Shown: positions 26,922 to 40,174, counted from the stretch's first letter. The stretch is 64,000 bases of DNA from Octopus sinensis (GCF_006345805.1 NC_042999.1:38936001-39000000); one strand, 5' to 3'. A program made the numbers and translations. The notes: generated from the sequence alone by a model not told the origin.

Positions 26922-26972
<51 letters not shown>

Positions 26973-27227
26973 CCATACAAAACAAATCTTTCAGCTTGTA
27001 GAGATGACTCACATCATGACATAATTTTCTTTATTGTGGATTCTTAATTCATACTTTGTGATGGTTTTAGATTTGATCCATCTTCCCGAGAGCTCAATGT
27101 CACTCGTCCATGTAGTTTGGTATTGGCTGCGGTATTCTCTTATGGACCCGTTTTTACACCGCTTAATTTTTTTAACTGAACACCACCCATGGACATTTGT
27201 TGATGTTTCTTTCGTAGTTATAATTAT

Positions 27228-27430
27228 ACTTTTCTACTCTAGGTACAGGGCCCGAAATTTTGGTGGGCGAAAACGGTCGATTAGATCGACGCTAGTACGC
27301 AACTGGTACATAATTTATAGACTTCCAAGGTGAAAGTCGACATCGGCGGAATTTGAAATCAGAACATAAAAACAGGAAATATCGCTAAGCATTTCGCCCG
27401 GGTTGCTAACGTTCGTGCCAGCTCGCCGCA
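27228..27430 (-). mobile_element. SINE family D, short-tail variant
   Basis: Exact 17 bp TSD ttcgtagttataattat at 27211-27227 and 27431-27447. Confidence 0.92.
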
Positions 27431-27836
27431 TTCGTAGTTATAATTATTATTGATGTATCAACGACAGACCACGAAGAAAGAGCGATGTACATATATATAG
27501 AGGTATTATATAAATATGAATGTATTTGTAATTAAAATTTTATATTTAAAATTTTAATCACATGTTTGCAGTCTACGTATAAAAATGTAGCAGTCAATTA
27601 GTTTAGATTTTTACGCACATGTTGCTGTAACAATGCATCTGGATGAAGCTATAGTCTTTGTAAATATATATATATATACTCCATATAAGAACAATCTTTC
27701 AATTTTCTGAGATGGCTTAAGACACTGTTCACTCACTGCTTTTACGGATTCTCAGTTCTTGCGTCGTGATGGTTTCAGATTTGATTCTTCTTTCCGGCAG
27801 CTCCCTGTCACACTTCCATTTTGTTTGATATTCGCT

Positions 27837-27875
<39 letters not shown>

Positions 27876-30800
27876 TATTATTATTATCATCATCATCATC
27901 ATCATCTTCGTCATACTTTTTAATGCAGTCCTCCTGTGTTTCTAAGGCCTGTAAACGAACTCGGAAGTTTGAACCGGCAACTAAGCCGTTCTCGATGCCT
28001 TTAAAGCCAGGAACTTTTCAGCACCCCCTTAATATTTTTATTACACTCATGGAAATTTCATTTTAAAAATATTGTTATTTCACATGCATTAATCTAATAA
28101 TATTAGGAATGTGAAGCAACATGTATGACATATGTCTTGAGAAATTCATATTGTTCTCTTTAGTAAATGTTGTAATTTTATATGAATATTGTGAATTATG
28201 AATATTCCTAAACTTCTTATGTCTAATTGTAGAAAATGTGGGAAAAACTATATGAATTTATAAACAATATATTAGCCCTTACCCACACTCAGGAAGTGAT
28301 AGATCACTTACCCTTCTACTTAAGATGCACATCACTAAAATAACTTTGTTTTTTTTCTCTTTTCAACCGTCAGTTTCTTGTGATGAATACGCGGCACAGA
28401 GTGATCCACATAATCAATTTCTTCTTCAACATCTCACTTTTTCACTAATATCCGAAATTATTACAGCGGATATAATACTTTCTTCATGATATTTAATGAG
28501 ATTCATAATTTGAATTTGAAATCAAGTATTTATAAGCAAAAAAGGCAAAGAATTCACATTAATAATTTTCTTCTTGTTTATATATAACGAATATTTAATT
28601 TTTCTCGCAGACAGGGATCATAGATATTGCAATTTCATTATTTATAGCATTCGCTAGTGTTATATAAATTGTGACTGCTTCACGATTTCATGATGCGAAA
28701 TACTTCATTAAAATTGGAAATATTTGCAGGAGATTCATAGAAAAATGTTTTTTTTTCATTATTGAGTGTTAGTAGATTAAGAAGGGAGAGGAAATATAGA
28801 ATGTTGTTAGTGCTTACATACAGCAAAATATGTGTGCAGGCGCCTCTACTTCGTGAATGTGATTTAAAATATGTAATAAATTCAAATTTAACTATACGCA
28901 AATTCCCAAGCCGTCTTGCAATGGATTGTTTAAGGTGTAGATATTGATTTTAAGCAGGTATTTCATGGCAGTATATACACTTCGTTATGAAGTAGAACAT
29001 TTATTCGTGAACATAAGGTTTAAGTGGATTATTTTCAAAATCACAAGCACAATATTTTATAACCATATTCTTAAACGTTAGTTGCAGTTATTATGAGGGA
29101 AATATTTTTTCATTCATGATATTTGATGGGAGAAGAATGCAGAATTTGAAATGAAGGAATTGCAAGGTAGTAATCGTATATAATACTATTTCATTTTCCT
29201 TAGAAATCGTCTGCACAATTATGTTATTGATTGCACATTTTGTGAATGAATGCTTTTCATTAGAGCTAGAAAAATTACAGTGTGAAGAAATTTCGCACAA
29301 TATTTTTCATTTTCTAAATTTTACTTCATAGACATAGGAATAGATTTTAGTATAGAAGCCGTTAATGTGTAACTTTTCTGCCCCAAGCTTTTCTGTGATA
29401 AAGCGAAAACAACATACAGTAAAAGTGAGGCAGAAAAGTAGTACCTTTACTAAATCAACCTTGTAGCAAAGATAGAAAGCTCAAATACACAAAGATTAAC
29501 CTATTGGTAAGGATGCAATTTAAAAAAATGATTCATTTGTAAAACTACTAGTACTTTACTGCTTGAAAGGTTAACTGACGGTAAGATATGTCACAGCAGA
29601 ATCTCGCACTTTCAAACGTATAGCGTGTTGCAGAGGTTTGTCATGATTCACTGAAAGAGCATCGTTTCATGACACGTATAGTATAATGGATTTTGTTCCT
29701 TTATAAATTTTTGAATGCATTCAGTCTCTCTTCACGACAGTGACCTCACAATTACAATTATTGCTCCCTGAGAATTTATTGTTTTCAATAAAAGCTGGTC
29801 CAATTAATATAATAATTTCGTGATGTTGTCTCATCCAAATATATTTGCAAAATATTGAATATGAAATCACTTTCTATAATTGATACTGAGATATTTAAGG
29901 TGTTGTCTTCCACAACTTGTGATCGTTTAGTGAAGATCTAATGCATCGACTTTTATTTTATTGATCCCATGAACAATTTCTTATAAAACTATTTAAGGCT
30001 TTATTAAATAGCTTGTGTCAACCAAACTTGTGAAATGAATATGCCACAAGGCTCTAATTATGATTTTTTATTTATCCCATAATGGGGCAAATTTGCTCAT
30101 TTATAACTCGTTTACAATTTCAAACTACAGATCTTTCAAATTGGCCTGCAGCATTCGTAATTCCGTTGATTTCCTTCTATTTTATAAAAATAATTCCGCC
30201 ACAGATGTTGGAACATTCATTTAAAAAGAAAATTACATCAGTTTTCAATGGATCGTTGATATGCCTCGCAAAATAAAACATCGTATTTCATTTGTGCTTT
30301 GCGACACACACAGCTGGAAGGAAATTACTTTTATAGAGATTATTTTCTTATTCTATGTCAAAATATTGTAAACTAAAAATTTACTGAGTGAGTTACATGG
30401 TTTCCTTATAATAGGGAATTTTACATGAAACTTTGCTAGAAGTATAAGTAGAGGCATTGAAGTTTTTTTCATCAAGTGAAATATATTTGTACTTACCATT
30501 TACGGCAAATTTCTTATCATCAAATGACATTCATTCCATTTTTTTTAAAAAAAACCAGTCTCTTCTCCAAGTTACGTATTGTATTCAATTTGTTGAATCT
30601 GTAAATAATACGAAAGCATATCCATAGTTTAAGACTACACGGAGAATAGATTAAAACAATCAATTTTAAGCAGTGATTCCCGTATCAATATTTCTTCGAA
30701 ATTACCATGTAATTCATTATATACTTATTTTATTTCTTTTTGCTATCTTTGCTTTAATATATCACAAAATCAAATGTTGCATATTATTTGGTTAGTAAAG

Positions 30801-30932
30801 TAATATTTCTAATACTACGAGAATTCTATTTGCTTCCTGTTCGTCTCATTTTATCTCCTTTGATATATATACATACATACGCACACATATATAGTTCACA
30901 CACATAAATATTATATGTATGTATATATTCAT

Positions 30933-31010
<78 letters not shown>

Positions 31011-31014
<4 letters not shown>

Positions 31015-31225
31015 GTTGTATATTGTCAACTTAACGTGACAGTCCCGTAAGGGAATTACACACCGCTATTTAGCCCTAGGAAGCATCGACGCTTCCTGTC
31101 AGCCTTGACACATTTCTTGTGTCCTTATATATTTACACAGGAAATGTGTCAATTCATAGGGCTAAATAGCGGTGATGTAATTCCCTTACGGGACTGTCAC
31201 ATTACGTTCACAATATACAACCACT
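31011..31225. mobile_element. MITE-like element with about 70 bp TIRs next to (TA)n
   Basis: agtggttgtatattgt...ctatttagccctag pairs with atagggctaaatag...acaatatacaaccact. Two further internal hairpins. Confidence 0.8.
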
Positions 31226-31261
31226 CTATCGCTCCACCACCGCACATATCTCTATGAGATA

Positions 31262-31680
31262 TTAAGAAATTTGTCTACTTCTTATGCATCTAATATCGGT
31301 TTCTAAACCAGACAAATGTTTGGAGAGACTCCCACATAGATTGCATATCCGATTTGGAACACCAAGAGCTGCAGATAAGTTCCGATCTTTGTGGATCTTA
31401 AAATGTCTTTTGAGGCCTCCATTCGATATGCAAACCATCTGCCATACATTGAATTGAAAGTTGTGCACAGTCATATAGGCAGAATAGTTGGTGGATGCTC
31501 GTTTTCCATGGGTTCGCAAATGAGATTTGATCCCAGGAAAAGAAATTATGGTCTGTTACAAACTGTGCACGCAAAAGGGTCATTGTGATTAACCTTCACG
31601 ATCTTAACAATCTTCCTTAAATCTCTCTTGAGTCTTCATGCGTTATTCTGACCACTTCAAATGCATTCACGCCCCTCCAC
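31262..31680 (-). mobile_element. RTE-like LINE 3' end remnant with degenerate C2H2-like motifs
   Basis: Across a frameshift it reads GVNAFEVVRITHE..PFACTVCNRP..GIKSHLRTHG..CISNGGLKRHFKIH..CNLCGSLSKHLSGL. Confidence 0.6.
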
Positions 31681-31781
31681 ACATTTGATTGCCATCGATC
31701 TATGTATGTACATATATAAATACATGAATACTATACATATACACGTATATATATATATACATACATATATATATATATATA

Positions 31782-31828
<47 letters not shown>

Positions 31829-31843
31829 GGTATACATACATAG

Positions 31844-31934
<91 letters not shown>

Positions 31935-31949
31935 GGTATACATACATAG

Positions 31950-32009
<60 letters not shown>

Positions 32010-32141
32010 CATATATATATATATATAATATATATATATATATATACATACATGGTATACATACATAGATACTATATATATATATTATATATATATACAT
32101 ACAGATAATTAGATATGCATAATACACATACATAAGTATTA

Positions 32142-33232
32142 TAACAGGTTGAGTAAAAGTCAGCAACGTTTTGAACTATAAGGAATTTGCACCGGATCTT
32201 TTCAGAGTTTAGAATATTTTTAAAAACATTCTTGGCAATTCTCTGATAATACAGGCCCAAAATGCCTTAATGAATTAGCAATTATTTTCCCCCCGTCGTT
32301 ACAATCATCTGAAGTGAAACTAACAAAGCGCGATATTTGAATAATTTTGCATTTCAAATTAGAAAAAAGGACGTAAAGCAGCTAAAACTTCTCGCGATAT
32401 CAACGAAATGTATCGTGCAGAAATGACCACTGAGTGGTCAACTCGTAAATGGTTTCAACGATTTCGCAGTTGAGAGCTGAGCTTTTGAAAAATCGTGATT
32501 GTAGTGGATGCCTATATAACTACGTAAACCCACTCGAAAACTGGCAAGAGAACTTCAAATTAGCCAGAAAACCGCCTGAAACCATTTGCATGCGATCGCA
32601 AAATCAAAAAAGCTCGACAAATGGGTATCACAGGATTTGAATGAAAATCAGAAAGTGTGCAAATATGAAATTTTCTTGTCGCTTCTTCTCCGATCTATTT
32701 CTCGACTGTTTTGTAACTTGCGATGAAAAATGTTTTCTGTACGTTCTTCACATTAGTTGGACTAAACTGAAGTACCTAAAACATTTCCCTAAACATGAGC
32801 TTTTCAAAAAGAAAGATATGGTGACCGTTTGGTGGTGTACTGCTGGACTCATCCTCTATAACTTCTTGAAACTTAGAAAAACCATTACTGTAGAAACATA
32901 TTACCATGAAATTGCCAAAACGAACGGAAAACTGCTACACGTCCGTGACAGACTAGTCAACAGAAGAAAGTCTATCATTCTTCATGACAAGGCTCGTCCA
33001 CACATTTCACTAATGATGCTCCAGAAGTTGAGGGAACGTGGCTACGTAGTTCTTCGGCCTCCAGTTTTACCGTCAGGCCATACTCCTACCGGCTACCACT
33101 TTTTCAAACACCTTAATAGTTTCCTGCAAGAGAAGGAGTTCAAAAATCAAACCGATGCTGAAGGGCGTTCAAAGAGTTCATTAGCTCTAGAACTCCAGTT
33201 TTCTATGTTACTGGAATAAACAAACTTGTCAC
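32142..33232 (+). mobile_element. Degenerate mariner (Hsmar1/SETMAR-like) transposase, 3'-truncated
   Basis: 5' TIR-like acaggttgagtaaaagtc; GRKAAKTSRDINEMY..KWFQRFR; ORF 32641-33219 with VTCDEK, MVTVWW, ILHDKARPH, YHFFKHLNSFL. Breaks off at the palindrome at 33233. Confidence 0.9.
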
Positions 33233-33700
33233 TCAGAACATCACACAAGGCCTTGTGTGATGTTCTGATGGCGCTTGGTCAGAAATACAAAGGGTAAGTT
33301 TTCTAGCATTTTCAAATTTTTAAATTCTCGAAACATTATATTGATAAAGGAAATGAATTTTTTATAATTCTAATACAGAAACGCGTCCATAATTAATCGA
33401 ATACTGTTTGATTTCATTATTTTCCTTTTTTTTTTACCTGTGTGAGTTACAGATAGTGTTATCTGTGGAGTCATATTTTGTAGCGAAAAGAAATAACGGT
33501 ACTTTGGCTGCTATTTCTAAATTGTCGGTATGTGGTTAAGCAACCTGTTGCTACACCCTTAATTATTGTTATAAATATATATAAAACTTATTGCATAAGT
33601 TTTTTACGGAATATGGTTCTTTTCCATTCCGAAACTACTTGGTGAAATTTATTAATTATAAAATAATAATTTTTTAGCCTATATCTATAATGATATATAT

Positions 33701-33787
<87 letters not shown>

Positions 33788-33819
33788 TATACATATAGAT
33801 ATATATATATATAGATATA

Positions 33820-34087
33820 CAGGGGTTGGACAACATAATGAAAACACCTAGCATAATAGCATCATAATTTTGAAATATCTATAAAATCGTCAAAAGTTTC
33901 ATATTTATGTTTTTTGCATTATTATTAGTGTCGCTTAATATGTTTTGCTAAACTTGTTCATGCTTTTCAGATATCATCAGAAAAAAGGGTAATTAAAATT
34001 CATTAAAATGACAGATCTATCGGACATCCAAAGAGGTTAAATTGTTGGTGCTTCTATGGCAGGCGCTAGTGTAACGAAAACAGTCGA
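33820..34087 (+). mobile_element. Tc1-like element, 5' fragment
   Basis: TA followed by caggggttggacaacataatgaaaacacc TIR; start reads MTDLSDIQRG*IVGASMAGASVTKTV. Homologous to 35885-36118. Confidence 0.85.
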
Positions 34088-34330
34088 TATATATGTATAA
34101 GGACAAAACCTATATACCATTACATTTTCATGCTCAAGAGGTTTATCAGAAGTACATGATTATCAATTTCATTATCAATTACATTAATTTAAATGAAATA
34201 CATGGTTCACAGCCGAAGACACGAAATTTAAAGTCATATGTGAATCTTAACTAGTTATACTTCTTTAATATTCAGCAAGATAATATAAAATATATTGTTA
34301 TTGCAATTGATACCATACCAATCTTCAATA

Positions 34331-34730
34331 GGCGCAGGAGTAGCTGTTTGGTAAGTAGCTTTCTTAACAACCACATGACTCCAGATTCAGTCTCACTGCG
34401 TGGTGCCTAGGGCATGTGACTTGACCTATAGCCTCGGGCCAACCAAAAGCTTCTGAGTGAATTTCGTAGACGGAAACTGAAAGAAGCCCATCGTATATAT
34501 CTATATATGCGCGCGCGCGCGTGTGTGTCTGTTTGTACCCCCTACATCGCTTGACAACCAATGTTGGAGTGTTTACGTCCACGTAATTTAGCGGTTCGCT
34601 AAAATAAACCGATAGAATAATTACTAGGCTTACAAAGAATAAGTCCTGGGGTCGATTTGTTCCACTACAGGCGGTGCTACAGTATGGCTGCAGTTAAATA
34701 ACTAAAACAAATACGAGAATAAAAGAATAA
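34331..34730 (+). mobile_element. SINE family A
   Basis: Homology to 58563-58991. Confidence 0.9.
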
Positions 34731-35051
34731 AATATTTTCTTTACCTTCATTTTTCCTAACCGCATTCTGTTGAATTGATATAAATATTTCTTCCTTCTTG
34801 TAAATTACAGGTAATCCATTTTTCTCTGATGATAAATGTTTTAGGTATACGTTATCTACAAGTTTCAGTTAAGTTCTATACAATTCTTTCCGCCATTGAC
34901 AATCGCGCAATTAGCATATCAGAGTATTAATTATATCGCAACGTAAAACCATGATGCACATACACACTCACGCGTAGATGCACATAAAAACTTACGTACG
35001 CAAACTTATACACATTCCCACACATTTACTTGTATGCATATTATATATACA

Positions 35052-36118
35052 CAGAGTTGGACAAAATAATGGGAACACCTTAAAATTTCAAACAATTTTA
35101 TTTTAATATGAGGCAAGGCCGCCTTTGGCAGTAATTACAGCTTGATTTATACGCGGTATGGTCTCGTACAAAGTTTGTATTGGTTTCCTAAGGAACCTTT
35201 GTCCAATCTTCAGCTACAACAGACTCCAGTTCTTGTAGTGAAGATGGTGGTCATTAAGCTCTGCAATAATTTTGGGAGATGTACTTTTGTGATCTTTTCT
35301 AACAATTTGCGTAAGTGTCCGACGGTCTCTATCTGAAAGTTTTGGGTTTCTTCCGGAGTTTTCTTTCGACGTGGAGCTTTTCCCATTTTACTCAAAGACT
35401 GTTATTACAAACGAGACAGTACTACTTATTTCTTTATTGTCAACAAGGGGCTAAACATAGAGGGGACAAACAAGGACGGACAGAGGGTTTAAGTCGAGTT
35501 CATCGACTCCAGTGCGTAATTGATACTTTATTTATCGACCTCGAAATGATGAAAGGCAAAGTCGACCTCGGCAGAATTTGAACGCAGAACGTAGCGGAAA
35601 CCGAAATACCTATTTCTTTACTACCCACAAAGGGCTAAACGCAGAGGGGACAAACAAATTCAGACAAACGGATTCAGTCGATTACATTGACCCCAGTGTG
35701 TAACTGGTATATATTAAATCGACCCCAAAATGATGAAAGGCAAATTTGACGTCGGTGGAATTTGAACTCAGAACGTAGCGGCAGACGAAATACCGCTAAG
35801 CATTTCGCCCGGCGTGCAAGCGTTTCTGCCAGCTCGACGCCCTTCTTGATCCACCAAATATTTTGGCTGTTATAGTTACATACGAGCACGAACAATTTGA
35901 CCTCTTTGAAAGTCCGATAGATCTGTCATTTTCAGGAATTTTAATTACCCTCTTCTAATGATATCTGAAATGAAACAGCAATTTTAGCAAAACATAATAA
36001 GCAACATTAATAATAAATCAAAAAACATAAAAATAAAGAAGCATTTGACGGCTTTATAGATACTTCAAAATTATGATGCTAAGATGCTAGGTGTTTCCAT
36101 TGTTTTGTCCAACCTCTG
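35052..36118 (-). mobile_element. Internally deleted Tc1-like element with both TIRs, interrupted by a SINE dimer
   Basis: TIRs cagag(g)ttggacaaaa.aatgg.aacacc at both ends. Reads MTDLSDFQRGQIVRARM, then SGRNPKLSDRDRRTLTQIVRKDH, then the C-terminal AVITAKGG. Confidence 0.9.
35426..35841 (-). mobile_element. SINE family D head-to-tail dimer
   Basis: A full monomer plus a headless second unit, joined at GGTATTTCG (35602-35610). Confidence 0.88.
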
Positions 36119-36169
36119 TCTGTATATATATATGTATATATATATATATATATATGAAAATATATATAT

Positions 36170-36315
<146 letters not shown>

Positions 36316-37436
36316 GTACATACATACATATATATATATAATTTTGCATTTTGTTCAAAATCATTATGGAGCCTCTAACAGTCTTAAAAGTGTAAAACGA
36401 AAGTGAGTACCATTCATGGAATTTTGTAATCTTGTTTTGTTAAATTCCAATCTTATTTACACATCAGAACATTTTTCATTTTGCTGAGCGACGTTCGTAT
36501 TAAATTAATCCAGCAAAACCCATGAAATGCAGAGGTGTTTATTGACAAATATCAATTACTTTTGCTATATAAATACAGCAAAGTTTGTACTAGATATGCA
36601 AGCCAGACTGCTTTAATTTGCTTTCCTTTAACAAATCAACAACTATGGAGTCGCCTTCTTGGGAATGATAAACATAAATTCTTACATCAGAGGAATGATG
36701 TATTCTTATGACACACCTGGCATATGATAATCTTAGCAAATTCCCTTTAGTATCTCAACAAGATTTCGGACAAAAGAATCTAAATATATAATTTCAACCG
36801 AAAATTCTAGCATGTTAGATGTCCTATTATGGCCATCTCTTATGTGTTTAAATACACACTTTATAGGAATAATATATAGTCTATTGACTAGTTTTCTGCA
36901 TACTAGGCCACTGGTAGTAAACATTTCTAAAACTTTTCCTACCCTGATATTTATAAATAATTTTTGGAAACTTTTTTGAAGCAAGTCGGCATTATTTTAT
37001 TTGCTGCCAACAAAAACTGCGCTTGAGCGGTGGATTCGAAAAATTATATGAAATCACGAGCCATGTACTGTATTGCTTAGTATTTACATATTAATCTTGG
37101 CGCTCCTGCAGATGAGAAATTCGCCTAGCAAATTACTTTATATGCGATATAGAGTTTCAAGCGATGGTCCAAGAGATAGATGGTAAATATTTTTATTTTC
37201 CATTCCCTTCGAAACTACCCCTAATAGTGGTTTGGATTTTGACTACTTATTGTAGCGTGTTTGATGTCCTATTATGGCCATCTATTATGTGTTTAAATGT
37301 ACGCTGTAGTTATATATACGTAAAATATATGTAGGTGCACATATACATCCATCCAGTGTTCGATACATAGACAAGACGTCCACTTCATAATCATGAAACA
37401 ACATCAGAAGTCAGTTACGATACTGAAACCTTTGCA

Positions 37437-38629
37437 TACGAAGTTTGATAGAAATGGAAGCTTTTATTGACTGACCAAGATACACTCATGAAACGTGAAC
37501 AATATTTGTCAACATATTTACCCCTGCGGCCATTATACTTCTGTCATAGATGTTACCGTACTCGCATCCCATTGGTAAAAAGCTTTCATCCTGTTGGTCA
37601 CAACCGTCAACAATAGAAGATACGATTCTGTTTTCCAGCCATGGGATTTTTCATTCTGAGGAACAGCTGATAGATGGAGGCAATTCAAGAGAATAGAGAG
37701 GGAGACCAACCAGGTCATAGCCACACTCACACACAGAAGCTATTGAAAGCATTGACCTGATGAATAAATACCGTTTTCAGTTTGTCCTTGATAGCCTTTC
37801 ATATCTGCCTCAGTAAGTTGGCAAAGAAGTCTCCATTGAGGGCACGACTGTTTTCAGGATAGTCGATAAATACAATGCATGTTACATACAAAATCTCTGA
37901 GGCGATCAGCTTCTTCGAAGATGAAATCAGCTTAGCATTCTTTGGAATAAGCGAGGAGTTATGTTTCCACTGCTTGGATTGTCTCTTTGTCTATGGCTGA
38001 ACGTGATGAAATCAATGCTTCTCCAGCTGGATCTGCCAGAACCACTGTCAAATTTTGCCGTGATGTGATCAGCCAGATGTCAGAAGCGGCAGCACCCACA
38101 GAGAAGTAACTTGTGTCATTTCCATTTCATTGTGCTAAATATTCTCAACTGTCTCACGGGATATCTTAACAGCATTGGCTATTTTGTTTAACACCAATCG
38201 CATGTCATCCATCACCATGTGGAGAGCACGATTAACGTTTTCCTAGGTTACTGAACCACCAGAGTCCGGTCTTCTCAAAACTTCCACACTCTCTTCTAAC
38301 TTCAGATGTCTCCTCCAACTTTTGCATTGTTGATAAAGCTGTAGCGTCATCCTCTAGTGTAGCAAACTTAAAATTCCTTCGATGGTAAAACCTTTTTTAC
38401 TGCAGGTGTTTGATAACACTGATAGCAATGGTAACACGACGGTGTCAATGTTTGTCCATTTTAAAGGGAGGTCGCTACTAGTTACACCTGAAGTCTTCAT
38501 TGAACTGTCAGACATCAGTTTACCTGAAACGATAAAATAAGAAAGATCTGATATTAATGCATGCAATACTTCTTAGCACTAACATTATCTTTCGTAGTCG
38601 GCCTATGAAATTTGAAGCCCACCCTCGTA
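37437..38629 (-). mobile_element. Degenerate near-full-length mariner (irritans/Hsmar2-like)
   Basis: 5' TIR TACGAGGGTGGGCTTCAAATTTCATAGGCCGAC ending at 38629 and a degenerate partner near 37437. Peptides MDKH, ATLEDDATALSTMQK, HMVMDDMRL..IANAVKISRETVENI*HNEM, FTNGM..GRRGKYVDK. Confidence 0.85.
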
Positions 38630-39542
38630 CTTCGTCACATATAAATATCAAGCTACTCATATTATCTTTATGTGACTCGAATTTGCTACAATCTTACATT
38701 CAATATTGTAACTCGTGTTTCTATCCTTCAAGCTACACCGAAAATTATGTTATATTTATTGTAGCCGTCTATGGAGAAATATTATAGTGTTTATGATATC
38801 AAATATTTAATCAATGTTATTCAAATAATGTAAGATTTAGTAGCTGCATGAATGTTAACTTGTGGATTTATATATTGTCTCGTTAATTGGGCAATACGTA
38901 TTCATATGATATTTATTTCTATTAACAACATTCCAATTCGTATTATCTACCATCGAGGTTAGCTGTTATATCATTATTATCAACACACCAACAAGTGTAG
39001 GTGTATTTGAAAAAAACAAAGAGCAGTGGGGTGTTGTTACACTTATGTTTTAATGGTAAATGCTTCCTCATTTAAGAAAAAAAAATACCTAGAAATTCTG
39101 CAGTTTCGATAGTAAAGAGCCACGAATAGCAAACATAGCATTATTCTAGAGATATTTAAAGATTCTGAACAACTGATAATCACGGAGATAAGGGAGCCAA
39201 TGTGTAAATTTAAGTACAAAATAGCAGGGAAAACTGCGAAATATTATACTTCTTCATGTATGTGTACTTTTCCGAGCATAGCAACCAAATCGAAAGTAGA
39301 TAAAGCATTTTGAGGATTAAGAAACAACTTTTCTCCGGGCTATAGATAAAGAAAAGTGTCAAATAGCTCTAAAATTATCATTAGATTTAAATGTTCATTT
39401 AATATCACGCATTTTGCATGCCATAAATATACGCCACACAGTGATGATAGATTAACAAGCAATCTCAAATGCACATGATCTCTGAGTGGACTCAGCAGTA
39501 CAGAAAGACCATCATATATAGGGAAGATATCACTATTAGAAT

Positions 39543-39773
39543 GACGGCGAGCTGGCAGAAACGTTAGCATGCCGGGCGAAATGCGTAGCCTTATTTCGTC
39601 TACCTTTACTTTCTGAGTTCAAATTCCGCCGAGGTCGACTTTGCCTTTCATCCCTTCGGGGTCGATAAATTAAGTACCAGTGAGGCACTGGGGTCGATAT
39701 AGTCGACTTAATCCGTTTGTCTGTCCTTGTTTGTCCCCTCTGTGTTTAGCCCATTGCGGGTAGTAAAGAAATA
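39543..39773 (+). mobile_element. SINE family D, long-tail monomer
   Basis: TSD tattagaatgacg at 39534-39546 and 39774-39786. Confidence 0.92.
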
Positions 39774-40174
39774 TATTAGAATGACGTGTTTCGTATAAAG
39801 GTCGTTTAAGATGCTTTATACCTACAAGTATTACATTAAAATCATTCAGAGCTGCAAAGCAACAAATTTCGGAACTTCTGTCGTTTCTGAAAGAGAAAGG
39901 CGCAGTCTAGGATCAATTGGAAAATAGCCGAAAAGGCTACGTAAACGCCAGCAGTATATATGAGCTCTGTTATGCTAGAAAGAAGATTGTCTTCCAGAAT
40001 GATCGCATACTTGGATTGTAGCTGAACGCCAAATTAGAGACATCGTCACCTTCTGTCTTTGTTTATTAGTCAGCTACGGTGCTTTATCTATTTATTTATT
40101 TTAGTTAGGGATTGCCTCCTTTCACAGTTGGTTAGTATTTTGAAATTTACATCTGTATATGGACGTAACAAAGA

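Larger units (their letters stand above)
26434..26923. mobile_element. (TA)n-bounded foldback insertion with a complete hammerhead in each arm
   Basis: Arms of about 147 bp (26552-26698 and 26776-26923; 2 mismatches, 1 indel), 77 nt spacer, about 118 bp left extension, (TA)n on both sides. Confidence 0.8.

Noticed and set aside
34811-34850. 34 nt mini-exon candidate (GNPFFSDDKCF)
   Set aside because: Weak donor and too short to distinguish from chance.
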